NCBI RefSeq assembly: GCF_963921235.1
Contig: NC_086108.1
Location: 29,948,001 to 30,012,000, forward strand
Origin: Mobula hypostoma
Lineage: Eukaryota
Direction of reading: 5' to 3'
Length of the DNA: 64,000 nucleotides
Below the pieces are notes generated by a model. It was not told the DNA's origin. It worked only from the letters and a program-made list of their open reading frames with translations, and ran no database searches. A program made the position numbers and the translations under genes. Positions within the stretch are counted from its first letter, which is position 1. Every line of letters starts with the position of its first letter. This document shows positions 1 through 12,380 of the stretch, piece by piece.

Positions 1-1177
1 GTTCTGAGCATTTGCAAGGCATTGTGAAAGGAAGTTATTTCCACGCAGAATTGCCTGTGAGATATTCTGATGCTGCTTTTGTCATTTTGAGTAGGTTCAA
101 AACTAGTGCCTGTACTGTTTTTTTTTGAAGATTTTGTGTCATGTTTAATTGAGATACCCAGAAGCTTCTGTAGATCCCTTCTGAAGCTGAGTTCAGACTT
201 TCAAGAACTCTGAGAATCTGTTGTGTAAAATACATTCTTAACAGTACAACGTGTGACTCTCGAATCAAAGTGATTTGTTTTCTATACAAACTTGAGGTTG
301 CCTGACTCATATGATGTTATGAACTTTTAGTAATGTAGTGGGGGGAGGGGTAGATAAAAGGAAGTTGCTCATAGGTAAATTTTATGCTGAAGCTGTCTAG
401 TCTCCCCTTTTTTCCTTTGGGATCATAAAAAGATAGATAAAATACTGTAAGGCCCAGAGATGGTCTGTTACTGTGAAATGGTCATGTTTGAGCCAACATC
501 TTCAGTATCAGCAGGCTGTTTGATCTTGGACATCACTGCAAGCCATTTTGATCTTGCCCTTCACAAATATTGGCTACTAGGTGGCCATCAAGAGGCCCCT
601 CTTTGTAACCAGTTCTGCCTTGGTTAACACTGAAGGCTAACTTGGCATGGAGTCGAATAACCAAATCTCAGCCCAAGTCAGCAAATTGCAGTTCACTCCT
701 TTGCTTTTTCAGCTGTGTACCATTTCAACATGAGGTCAAGCCTGAATAGCTTTTTGTTATTGTGGAATCTTATTTTGCATCATTTGAATATGATGTTTTT
801 CTGGTAAATGGTGAACACATGTTCAAGCTTTCGGCGTTTGGTTCCAGCTAAATAATGTGAGTGATCTGACAGTCGAAGTGAGCAGTTGCATGTTCCTTTC
901 ATCCTACAATTGCTTGGTGCGTAATGAGCTTGTGGGCATTTTTATTCTGCAGATGTCTATTTTAGTTCGTTTTTTTTAAACCGTGGACTGTAAAGTGAGA
1001 TTGTTTGTGAAGTGATAAAAATCTGGAGCTAAACAATGAGCAGTTGGGAGTATTTGAATGAAAAATCCACAAAATACCCAGAAAGTCATGCAAGCTATGT
1101 AGAATAAGTCACCTAGATTTAACTTTCAACTTAAGTTTCTTATTACATGCAATTTTTGATTTTCATTTTTATTTACT

Positions 1178-1452
1178 GAGATACAGCACCAAATAGGCCC
1201 TTCCGGCCCTTTGAGTTGTGCTGCCTGGTCATCCCCTGATTTAATCCCAGCCAAATCATGAGACAGTTTACAATGACCAATTAACCTATCAACTGGTACA
1301 TCTTTGGACTGGAAGGAAACTGGAGCACCAGGAGGAAATCCCCATGGCTGCAGGGCAAACATACAAACTCTTTACAGACTGCAGCGGGAACTGAACACCA
1401 GGGTCACTGGTACTTCAAAGCATTGTGCTAACCACTACGCTACCATGCGGCC
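1178..1452 (-). mobile_element. tRNA-derived V-SINE (HE1-like)
   Basis: The minus strand carries a tRNA-like head and the V-domain-like core (tttcctcc..gtgctcc.gtttcct..cagtccaaaga); a T/A-rich tail lies at the left end. Confidence 0.75.
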
Positions 1453-4400
1453 TGAATTGTTTGTTTTCCTTTGGTTTTCATGTCATAATAACAAACATCA
1501 AATTCTGAGTTGGCCAAATGCTGGAGAAATCCAGGCACGTTACACGATTATGTTAAACAACTCTAACTGATTTCCATACTGGATGTTCCATCTGCTCAAT
1601 TAATCAGGTTGCACCTCTGTGAATTGTAGTTGAATAATACTAAAGCATTTTCCTTCTTTTGCAACTTGCCTGTTTCTCTTCTTCCAGTTCTGAGGAACTT
1701 GGTTCCTTGACTGCATGTGATCCAATTGAGGGCCTTGTACTAATGCCATAACCAACTTTTTAAAGGCAAGCTTCTGCCAAGGATGACCGTAGCTTCACTT
1801 GATATCCGTGTGGTTTTTGCATTCTAACATTTAAGCCTTTGAATTGTATTTCCCATGATTATACAGTCCTTAACTTTGGCAGTCAAAGGATGGTATGGCA
1901 AAGTTGAAAGATGTTGTGTTGCGACATGACACTGCGCAAAATTGGGCAGGCCTTCTAGCAAACATGCAATGGATATATGTAAATACCAACTAGGCCCACT
2001 TTCCCTGTTAAATGCTAAAGTATTGAGCGCCCTTGTTATTGGCCCTCCATAGCCCTAATACTTACTTATCTGATCCTGGTGGCTCAGTACACTGAATGGA
2101 ATTGCTGAAATCTTGTTAGGAAGTAAAAGGAAGGAAGATGAGTGGGCTTTTCTGTTCCACCTGGTATCCCTGCTATTCTGTTAGCTTATTTTCAATCTGT
2201 ACCTGAACCCCATTTACCCTTGGTTCCTTGTTGCCTGCATTAGGAAATTTAAAATATTTCCCTATCTCCGGCTGCATTTCTGTACCATCAACATTGTTTT
2301 GGGGGAGAAAATCCCAAAAAGGAAGGGGGAGCTGGTTTTCTGAAGGATAATTTTGAATTTGTGTCAGGCACATCTGGTACTATCATTGTATATGCCAAGG
2401 TAAAAAAGGCAGACGAACATTTAAAATCAGTATTCAATTGTGGTTGCCTTTTTCATTATTTATATCAAAACTATCCTGTGCAGTAGCTGTAGTAATTGTT
2501 TACTGTTTAAGCAGTTCAGATTGAAATCTCTGTTCACGTTATACAGTGTGGAGGGAGAATCTATGTTAATTAGTTCAGTCTTCCTGCAGAGAAGCAAGAC
2601 ACGACTGCCTGATTAGATTCTTTTTTGCTGCATGCATTTTCCGATAGGTTTACCATTGACAGAAGCTATTTGCTATCAGCTTTCTTGTACAGGGGTCTGT
2701 ATTTTTTTTTGGTTTTCTTACGCCTCTCTCCCCCTGCCACACCTCTCTCTCTCCTAAAACGCGCACACACACACTTTGAATTGTGGAATCCAGCTCTTGA
2801 AATGTAAAACAGATGTGAAAATATCAAGGATTAAAAAGCATGCCTGCAGCAGCAATCACCCACACAGATGAGCAGCAGCCAGCCAAAGTGGATAGGCTAT
2901 AATTAAGAAGGAACACGCAATTCCGTCTTCCAGTGAGGCGGTGCTTCGAAAAGCCGGTTGTGTAAATTATGGTTTTATATTTATTCAATTTACCTTAACA
3001 CTTTAATCAAGCTTCCCTTAAGGTGACACTGGAAATGATTTTAAATTATAACAAAGGCAAGTACAGCACTGGCTGTGACGTGACATGTAAATTAGTGGAG
3101 CCGCGTCACTACTCTGCCGGTAATCGTGGCAGGAAAACATTGCCAACTGGTGCATTAGTTACAGTTGCATCCAGCTGTCATTCTGAAGTACAATCAGTTG
3201 GAAACTTGATCCCCACATGGGAGAGATCTCATCCTCCCAGCACTTGGAATGAAATGTCTCCTCCTGTCGAGGTCAAGGGAAGAGACAGGAGGCTGAGAAA
3301 GATTGATGGTTGGATGTGAAAAGTGATCCAGCTTTCCACCGTCCAGCTGAGCAACGTCTCCTTTTCCCATTAACTCTTGCTATAATTTCTTTACAAGATC
3401 AATTGAGATCGTTCTGGGTTTACAGTTGTAGTTTTGGTGTGATAGTGCTGCATTTGTGGCCTGAGTATTTAATAATGCACCAAATTTAATTAAGTTTTTA
3501 AACTTGCCACAGAGCAGCACTTTGAATCAGGATTCCTGTGGTTATGGGCTATTGGTCCCAGTAAGCATGTGGGCCAAGATAGCAGAGTAGCTGGCAAAAT
3601 TTGCAAGTGATTTGTGCTTTACATCTAAGCTAAAGCTGGCTTGTGTAAAGAGGTTTAAAAGTTCCCTTCCCCCTCCCCCTTCCTCAAAGACAATTTATGT
3701 TCCAGCTGGGCACTTTCTTGTGTGGAAGAGATGAAATTTAATACAGGAATGTGTGCTGACATCTGAGCTTTAAAAAGTCTTTGATGTCTTGTGTTCAGGC
3801 CCTCTGTGGTCTCTAAAATAATCATTATATGAAGCACCGTGCCAAGTAATCTCTAAGCCAGTATAAAGCAGCAACCTTGACGAACACCGTGGGGTTTATA
3901 AACTGTGGTTTGCTTTCTGCTCCCCCACCTCCCACATTTTGTTAGCTCAGCAAATGTTTCATAATTCAACTCTGTTCTAGCCAAGTTAAACTGGCTTTCA
4001 AGTACAGTAATTTTTTAAAAAACAATATTGTTGGGAAATGGGAGGTCTGTGACAATGTAACAGAGTTCAGACATGATTGAAGCCAGACTGATCAACTTCC
4101 TGTTGCGTGCTGTGGCCCAGGAGAACAGAGCTTTCTGCACTCCATCCCACTGTGCTTCATCTGGAAACTTACTACATTGAGTTTGATGCTGTTTACTGCC
4201 ATGGAGCTTCGTAAGGCTTCAGATACCTTGACTGAGACAGAAATTCTCAATCCACGAGCAGACAAAAAGATGAAGACTGGAATCTCTAGTTTACTTTGTT
4301 ATGGATTGCTGATCCCCAGCAGGTTTTAAAAACGTGCCTGAGTGCAGCACAATATAGGCCCATCAGCCCACGTTTTTATCTTTTTTCTTCCACGATTTAA

Positions 4401-4751
4401 GAACCTGCATAACAATTGGCTAGGATCCGAACTTGTTGCCCAGGACAATAATGGAAATAGAGGTGGTTATGGTTTCCTGAAATATACCGGATAGAACCTT
4501 GTAGGAAATGTGCTATTTGGCTGCTACTTGGGCACTGTGGAATAACAGATGACTTTCAGTCTAATTTTGTGGGTCCTGAAGAAACTAATGTAGGAGCCAC
4601 AGACTTCCCTGTAACTTGGGGGGGGGGGGGTTGCAAAGTTGGTGGCTGACACGGTAGGTGGGTAGTTGCTTTCAGATGGTATGTTTCTTTGATGTGTAGA
4701 GATTGTTTATACTCGCCGTCCATGGGCTTGATTCTCAATACCATTCCAAAT

Positions 4752-4975
4752 ACTCACAAAATGCCAGAGGAACTCAGGAGGCCAGGCAGCATCTATGGAA
4801 AAGAGTAAACAGTCGATGCTTCAGGTTGAGACCTTTTATCAGGCCTGGTGTTTAATTCTAAGTCCTGATGAAGGTTCTGAGCCTGAAACATCGACTGATT
4901 ACTCTTTTCCATAGATGCTGCCTGGCATTTTGCGTGTGTTGCTTGGATTTCCTACATCAGATTTTCTCTTGTTTT
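4752..4975. mobile_element. Short palindromic Penelope-derived element
   Basis: Inverted arms ggcagcatctatggaaaagagtaaacagtcga / tcgactgattactcttttccatagatgctgcc; same terminus as the PLE at 33170-33306. Confidence 0.8.
4861..4896 (+). ncRNA. Minimal type I hammerhead ribozyme motif (helix III palindrome decayed to ACAT)
   Basis: AGTC-CTGATGA-AGGttctgagCCT-GAA-ACAT-C-GACT. Confidence 0.6.
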
Positions 4976-5541
4976 TGATTGGACTGTTCCAGATACTATT
5001 CCATTTAGAGGTGTCATGGGCTAAAGGTTCCCAGGGGTCATTGGAGAAAGAATGTTTTGAGCACCTCCTTGAATCTTTTCCGCGATCACCTTGTAAACTC
5101 TTCACGTGACAATAACCTCATAGGAGTGTGGAGGTAGGGCAGGCCAACGAAGGACAACGGGATCATGTGTAGCATTGATGTGATGCCTCCTCTGACTCAG
5201 GCCTCCACTGTTTGATTGGGAGAGGTTAGCTTTTTCAATTTGATTCAGAATTGAGAGAAAATGTTAAAGAGCTGCCTCTCCTTCAAGCTCAGTTTCCATT
5301 CTTAGAATTTTATTTTTGTTTCAAAGGATTCTTGTCTAGAGTTGGAATGGGAAGGCCTTGGAAAATTCTGGTGATGCATAATCAAGAAGTTTTGGAGCAG
5401 AGATGATGTGACCAAATAAATCTCTGTCTCTGGTACTATTCTGACTTTCTGATCTTATTCAAGCTATGATGTTTGCCTATGGACAGAGCTGAGAGGGTGG
5501 ATGGATGTACTGTATGTGGTTTAAATGCTGTTGCTAATGGC

Positions 5542-7990
5542 ACATAGAAAAACATAGAAAATAGGTGCAGGAGTAGGCCATTCGGCCCTTCGAGCCTGCA
5601 CCGCTATTCAGTATGATCATGGCTGATCATCCAACTCAGAACCCTGTATCAGCCTTCCCTCCATACCCCCTGATCCCTTTAGCCACAAGGGCCATATCTA
5701 ACTCCCTCTTAAATATAGCCAATGAACTGGCCTCAACTGTTTCCTGTGGCAGAGAATTCCACAGATTCACCAATCTCTGTGTGAAGAAGTTTTTCCTCAT
5801 CTCGGTCCTAGAAGGCTTCCCCTTTATCCTCAAACTGTGACCCCTCGTTCTGGACTTCCCCAACATCGGGAACAATCTTCCTGCATCTAGCATGTCCAAT
5901 CCCTTTAGGATTTTATATGTTTCAATAAGATCCCCCCTCAATCTTCTAAATTCCAATGAGTATTAGCTTAGTCGATCCAGTCTTTCATCATATGAAAGTC
6001 CTGCCATCCCAGAAATCAATCTGGTGAACCTTCTTTGTACTCCCTCTATGGCAAGGATGTCCTTCCTCAGATTAGGGGACCAAAACTGCACACAATACTC
6101 CAGGTGTGGTCTCACCAAGGCCTTGTACAACTGCAGTAGTACCTCCCTGCTCCTGTACTCGAATCCTCTTGCTATAAATGCCAGCATACCATTCGCCTTT
6201 TTCATCGCCTGCTGTACCTGCATGCCCACTTTCAATGACTGGTGTATAATGACACCCAGGTCTCGTTGCACCTCCCCTTTTCCTAATTGGCCACCATTCA
6301 GATAATAATCTGTTTTCCACCAGAGTGGATAACCTCACATTTATCCATATTAACTTGCATCTGCCATGAATTTGCCCACTCACCTAACCTATCCAAGTCA
6401 CCCTGCATCCTCTTAACATCCTCCTCACAGCTAACACTGCCGCCCAGCTTCGTGTCATCCGCAGACTTGGAGATGCTGCATTTAATTCCCTCATCTAAGT
6501 CATTAATATATATTGTAAACAACTGGGGTCCCAGCACTGAGCCTTGAGGTACCCCACTAGTCACTGCCTGCCATTCTGAAAAGGTCCCGTTTATTCCCAC
6601 TCTTTGCTCCCTGTCTGCCAACCAATTCTCTATCCACACCAATACCTTACCCCCAATACCGTGTGCTTTAAATTTGCACACTAATCTCCTGTGTGGGACC
6701 TTGTCAAAAGCCTTTTGAAAATCCAAATATACCACATCCACTGGTTCTCCCCTATCCACTCTACTAGTTACATCCTCAAAAAATTCTATGAGATTCGTCA
6801 GACATGAGTTTCCTTTTACAAATCCATCTTGACTTTGTCCGATGATTTCACTGCTTTCCAAATGTGCTGTTATCACATCTTTGATAACTGACTCTAACAG
6901 TTTCCCCACCACCGATGTTAGGCTAACCTGTCTATAATTCCCTGGTTTCTCTCTCCCTCCTTTTTTAAAAAGTGGGGTTACATTAGCCACCCTCCAATCC
7001 TCAGGAACTAGTCCAGAATCTAACGAGTTTTGAAAAATTATCACTAATGCATCCACTATTTCTTGGGCTACTTCCTTAAGCACTCTGGGATGCAGACCCT
7101 GGGGATTTATCTGCCTTTAATCCCTTCAATTTAACTAACACCACTTCCCTACTAACTTGTGTTTCCCTCAGTTCCTCCATCTCACTAGACCCTCTGTCCC
7201 CTACTATTTCTGGAAGATTATTTATGTCCTGCTTAGTGAAGACAGAAGCAAAGTAGTTATTCAATTGGTCTGCCATGTCCTTGTTCCCCATAAACAATTC
7301 ACCTGTTTCTGTCTGTAGGGGACCTACATTTGTCTTAACCAATCTTTTTCTTTTCACATAGCTATAAAAGCTTTTACAGTCAGTTTTTATGTTCCCTGCC
7401 AGTTTTCTCTTATAAACTTTTTTTTTTCCCTTTCCTAATTAAGCCCTTTGTCCTCCTCTGCTGGACTCTGAATTTCTCTCAGTCCTCAGGTGAGCTGCTT
7501 TTTCTGGCTAATTTGTATGCTTCTTCTTTGGAATTGATACTATCCCTAATTTCCCTTGTCAGCCACAGGTGCAGTACCTTCCCTGATTTATTCTTTTGCC
7601 AAACTGGGATGAACAATTGTTGTAGTTCATCCATGCGATCCTTAAATGCTTGCCATTGCATATCCACCGTCAACCTTTTAAGTATCATTTTCCAGTCTAT
7701 CTTAGCTAATTCACGTCTCATACCTTCAAAGTTACCCTTCTTTAAGTTCAGAACCTTTGTTACTGAATTAACTATGTCACTCTCCATCTTAGTGAAGAAT
7801 TCCACCATATTATGGTCACTCTTACCCAAGGGGCCTCTCACGACAAGATTGCTAATTACCCCTTCCTCATTGCTCAATACCCAGTCTAGGATAGCCTGCT
7901 CCCTGGTTGGTTCCTCGACATGTTGATTCAAAAAACCATCCCGTATACATTCCAAGAAATCCTCTTCCTCAGCGCCCTTACCAATTTGGT
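5542..7990 (-). mobile_element. CR1-clade LINE, 5'-truncated, frameshifted ORF2 (EN end, RT, C-terminus)
   Basis: ORFs 7479-8006 (SDHNMVEF), 6298-7083 (YLDFQKAFDKVPH, SGVPQGSVLGP, SADDTKLGG), 5963-6271 and 5636-5956; (CATAGAAA)n tail at the left end. Confidence 0.95.
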
Positions 7991-8161
7991 CTACATCACA
8001 CATCACAGTGTGATCTACATCACACTGGGGAAATGGGGACGATGTGGGGGTTATACATTCAGGGAGTATACTTTAACCTTATCATTGCAAAATGAATAGC
8101 TGCTTATTGAGAGGCATAAGTTTTTATATCTGGAATCGAAACTGTATGATTCTGCTTTTCT

Positions 8162-10101
8162 TTTTTTTTAATACTTTATTTTCAAAATTTTCAACAAAAA
8201 AAAATGAAATCAACAAAAACATACCAGCTCAGACATATATAAAAATTAAGCCAAAAAAAGACATAACATTCGAGGGATGCCTATTGTACAAAGTGCTCAA
8301 AAATGCTAAACATTAAATCTCAAATGAGGGCCATGAGAAATCAGCTGGGGGGAAATTGCTCATCCGCCCCCGGCCTCGTCCAGGTAGGCAAGAAGTGGAT
8401 CCCAGATAGCTGAAAATTTTTTAATTGAATTGGTTCTCAAGAACCTAAGTTTCTCCATCTGTATGACTGAGATCATATCAGTCATCCATCTCCGAAAGGA
8501 AGGGGGAGAAGGTGATTTCCATTCCCTCAAGATAAGTCTTTTGGCAACAATCATCCCCAGCATCAGAGACAGTTGTACGGCTGCAGGGAAACAAATAGTA
8601 GATTGTGAGCAGCCAAAGATGGCGAGACCAGCTTCCAAGGGGAAGGATCTTTTATAGGCCTTTGAGTACCCGTTGAATATTTTGGACCAAAATCCAGTCA
8701 GGAAAGGGCAAAACCAAATGTGTGTGACAATGTAGCCTCCGTCCCTTGGCATCTATCACTCATTGGCGAGACAGAAGGGTAAATCCTGTGCAATCGAAGT
8801 TTAGAGTAGTGGAGACGGTGGACAACTTTAAACTGGGTCAGTTGGTGTCTGCTGTTAAGCCTGTATCATAGACAAACACTTATCCCAGGCAGCTTCAGAT
8901 AATTCAATACCCAACTCCCCTCTCCAGGCGTCTCTAATCTTCACAGTAGATGCTGCAGTGCAATTATCAAACAAACGTACAAACTTAGAAACAAGATGCC
9001 TGGAGTCAGGAGGGTTCTTTAAAATATCAAAAAATATATGTTTCCCTGGAAGGATTTCAAAATTACAAATCTTAGATTGAATGTAGTGTCTAATTTGTAC
9101 GTTTGTAAATAACGAAAAAATTGCGAATGAGGCAGCTCAAATTTCTCTTTCAGCAGACTAAATGTTGCAAACTGTCCCCCTATGTACAGGTCTTCAATAG
9201 AAACTAGACACTTCTCCCTCCAAGCATGGTAGGTTTTATCTGACCATGAGGGTAGAAAAGAGTGATTGAAACAGATTGGTGTTTTTACAGAGGTCTCTGG
9301 TAAATTCAGCATGTTCCTAATCTGATTTAGAATTCTGACAGAATTTTTCAAAACAAAACTCAAGCTTTTTGAAGTCCCAGGCTTCTCTAACTTGGAGAAC
9401 AGCATGGCTGGCAAGGAGGAATTGACAACAGAGTTGGACTCCATAGACTCCATACAAGGGAGCCCCAGGGACTAGGTTATCCTGAGCCCCCTGTTGCCAA
9501 AACATTAAATCCCTAGCATTGACAGCCCAATAATAGTGTCTAAATAAAGGTAATCCCAGCCCTCCTTCAGACTTGGGCTTTTGTAAATGAATTTTTGAGA
9601 TCCTGTGATTCTTATAATTCCAGATATAAGACAATATATGGAGTCCAACACTTTAAAGAAAGCTGATGTAAGAAAAATGGGGAGATTTTGACAAAGATAG
9701 AGAAACCTAGGAAGGGAAACCATTTCAATTGAATTTATATGACCAATCATGGACAGAGGTAGGGTTTTCCAACTTTGTATATTCTGTTTAAGTTTTGAAA
9801 TAAACTCCGTGAAGTTTAATTTGAATATTAATTTAGGATCTTTGGGGATTGTCAAGCTGAGATAAGTAAAGTGATCTTTAACTACTTTGAACAGGACACT
9901 TTATTAAAAAAAAACCCGCGTGTAGACGTTGGAGAGGGGCACAAAGTCACTTTTTGTCCAATTGATTGAGTATCCTGATAGTCTGCCAAAAGTAGTGATT
10001 AAATCTAGAAGAAGAGGGACTGACTTTTCTGAGTTTTGTAAGTAGAATATCACATCGTCAGCATATAAACTAATAAGTGTTTCAATACCTCCCACAATAC
10101 C
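8162..10101 (-). mobile_element. L1-clade LINE, 5'-truncated, degenerate ORF2, with 16-bp TSD
   Basis: YADD in ORF 9904-10095; SWKTLPLSMIG, GGLGLP and AKRLILREWK motifs; poly(T) tail on + strand; ATGATTCTGCTTTTCT repeated at 8146-8161 and 10102-10117. Confidence 0.92.
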
Positions 10102-12171
10102 ATGATTCTGCTTTTCTGATTAAATAGTTTAGGCCAAAACGAGCATAACTTTAAGGGCAGCAGGAACAGCAGCAGAAGACGAGGGAGCGGAGGGACCCAG
10201 GGATTTGGATAATTGTTCTACTTCCTTGCAGATCTTCCAGTCCGAGGGCTGAGGGGTGGAGACCATTCTAATCTGCGTGTACCCAACAAAGGTACACTGG
10301 GTAACTTCTTCCCTCCCAAAGAGAATAACCTTGAGCATGTGTCCCTGACATCCTGAGGTGACTCAACAGGAAGTGCCTGGTTGAATTTCACAATTGATGA
10401 GATTTAATCCAGAAATGGTTGCACATTCAGTGATAAATCAGTTTTAGACTACGCACTGAAGCAAAGTTGCATGACCAAAGGAAGAGTTAATTTGGTAAAT
10501 AGTTGGCTGCTTTTGAGTTTACAGTGTGCAGTGTACATAATGTACTGTTGATTTAGTAAACAGAATAAAGCTTTTAGTATTGATACCTTAATGAAAACAT
10601 TGAGAGGCAATATCCCAGAGGTGGCAAATCATTTGCTGGAGAGAACAATTGAATGTTTAAGTTTTTTAAAATGGTACAGAGTATAACTGGATCAATGTTG
10701 TAGTGCTGCAACGTGGGCTCTTCTGTCCAATTTAATGTGTACGTAGCTACAGAGGTCATGGCCAGTCCTCAATCAAAGTTGCACCACAAAAGCTTTATTT
10801 ATGATAGCAAACAGCTCAAGCAGGAGGTACTTCAGAAATCACCATTTTCCTGCTCTGGATTGCTGATGCTAAGGGCCCTAGATGGGAAAATGTAGTGGTA
10901 CAAAAGGTGAGTATACTTTCCAGTGTTGTGGTTGGTTAATGCCAGTGATCCATCACGTTCTTAGAGTACCATCTACAAAAGCCCAGCCAGAATCAAAATC
11001 ATTATTATTACTGACTTGTATGATATATTTCTTGTTATGTGGCAACAGTTCTGTACAAATCACTCAATCATTGGGCAAAGAAAAACATTAGATTTGTAAG
11101 GGACTGAGAGGATGATTGTGATTTTTGAAATACTCTTCTATGGCTATTATTCCACTGGCACTTGATTCCTTAGTGTTTGTGTGCATTGAGCTAGATAGGC
11201 CGTCCAAGTGACAGCAGGAGCAGGAAACATTGAAGCTGATCCAGTCATCTGCCTGTCTGATCTAAACGTCTACTTTTCAGAGAGCATTGCCCAGTTACAA
11301 TCATTTGTTGTGACCATTTCTCTGCCCCACCCCTGTGCTTAATTGTATTCTCTCCCTCTGCCTGCTTAGTTGAGTTTTGTGCCTGGCACAGTTACTGCTT
11401 TTCTCTTGATAATTCCTGCGAGTTTATTTCGATATCTGACTGACTCATTGATGACCGCATTTCTTTGGACCAAGTCATAACTACTCCTACAGGTTTTAAC
11501 TGTTAAAGTATCTTAATATTTTAATTAATATATTATACTTTGAAGGGAGATTACCTCTTCATACCTCCTCTTGAGCTCTGCAACTCCTTGAAGATTTTGA
11601 CACGACCTGAAGCAAATTCATTTCCTTCTCCTTGCACAGGCCTGGTGTTTAATTTCAACATTATTGGCAGCTGAGCTTGTTGCCTTGTTCCCTGTTTCTG
11701 GAGTTCCCACCACAGTTGTTGTTGCCATGAAGTACCATGAACTTGGAGTTGAACATAACAGAAATGGGCTCTTTGGCCCACCAGTTCTGGACTGACCAAT
11801 AACTACTCACTTGCATTCATCCCACACTGGTCCCATTTGTATTTTTTCCATCAACTCCTCCCCTCCTCTCCCCCAACCCCCCAATTCTACTGTTTGCCCA
11901 CATTTTGGGGGCAATTTAAAGTGGCTATATAAAATATCAACACCCACTTTGGGGAGCACCGGATGGTAGCCTGTGGAATCGAGGTGAAGGTACGGACTGT
12001 ATTGCTAGCACTGAGGTCAGGATTGAACCCAATGCGAACTGTCTGCTAGTACTGCTGGGCAACTGCTCCACTAGCTGCGCCACTGCTGCCTCTGTCACTC
12101 TGAAAATGCTGCAATTGTTGGTGTTGTTCTGGTTGCTGCATTGTTCAACAACTTCTTTTTGATACCCACAG

Positions 12172-12380
12172 GTGGAAGGAGATCAGGTACCCCCAGGTCA
12201 CACCATCAGCCAGTACGAAACATGTAAAATTCGCACTATTAAAGCCGGAACCCTGGAAAAACTAGTCGAAAATTTATTAACTGCCTTTGGAGACAATGAT
12301 TTTACATATATCAGCATATTTCTATCAACATACAGAGCGTTTGCTTCAACGGAGCAAGTTTTGGAACTGCTGCTGGACAG
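12172..12380 (+). CDS. RGL1: RGL1 exon (209 nt), REM domain start
   Basis: cccacag|GTGGAAGGA...CTGGACAG|gtaaaa; VEGDQ...LELLLDR. Confidence 0.95.

Noticed and set aside
4198..4216. Kozak-like gccATGG followed by gtaagg
   Set aside because: It would be phase 1, out of frame with exon 12172, and has no other support.
10882..10912. Possible alternative first exon ATG GGA AAA TGT...AAG|gtgagt (MGKCSGTK)
   Set aside because: It ends in phase 1, but the next exon (12172) needs phase 0. The phase-0 frame has no ATG after an upstream stop.
1..12171. RGL1 N-terminal exons (SSIQDWGEE...RWLG)
   Set aside because: No matching coding sequence was found; they presumably lie upstream of the window.
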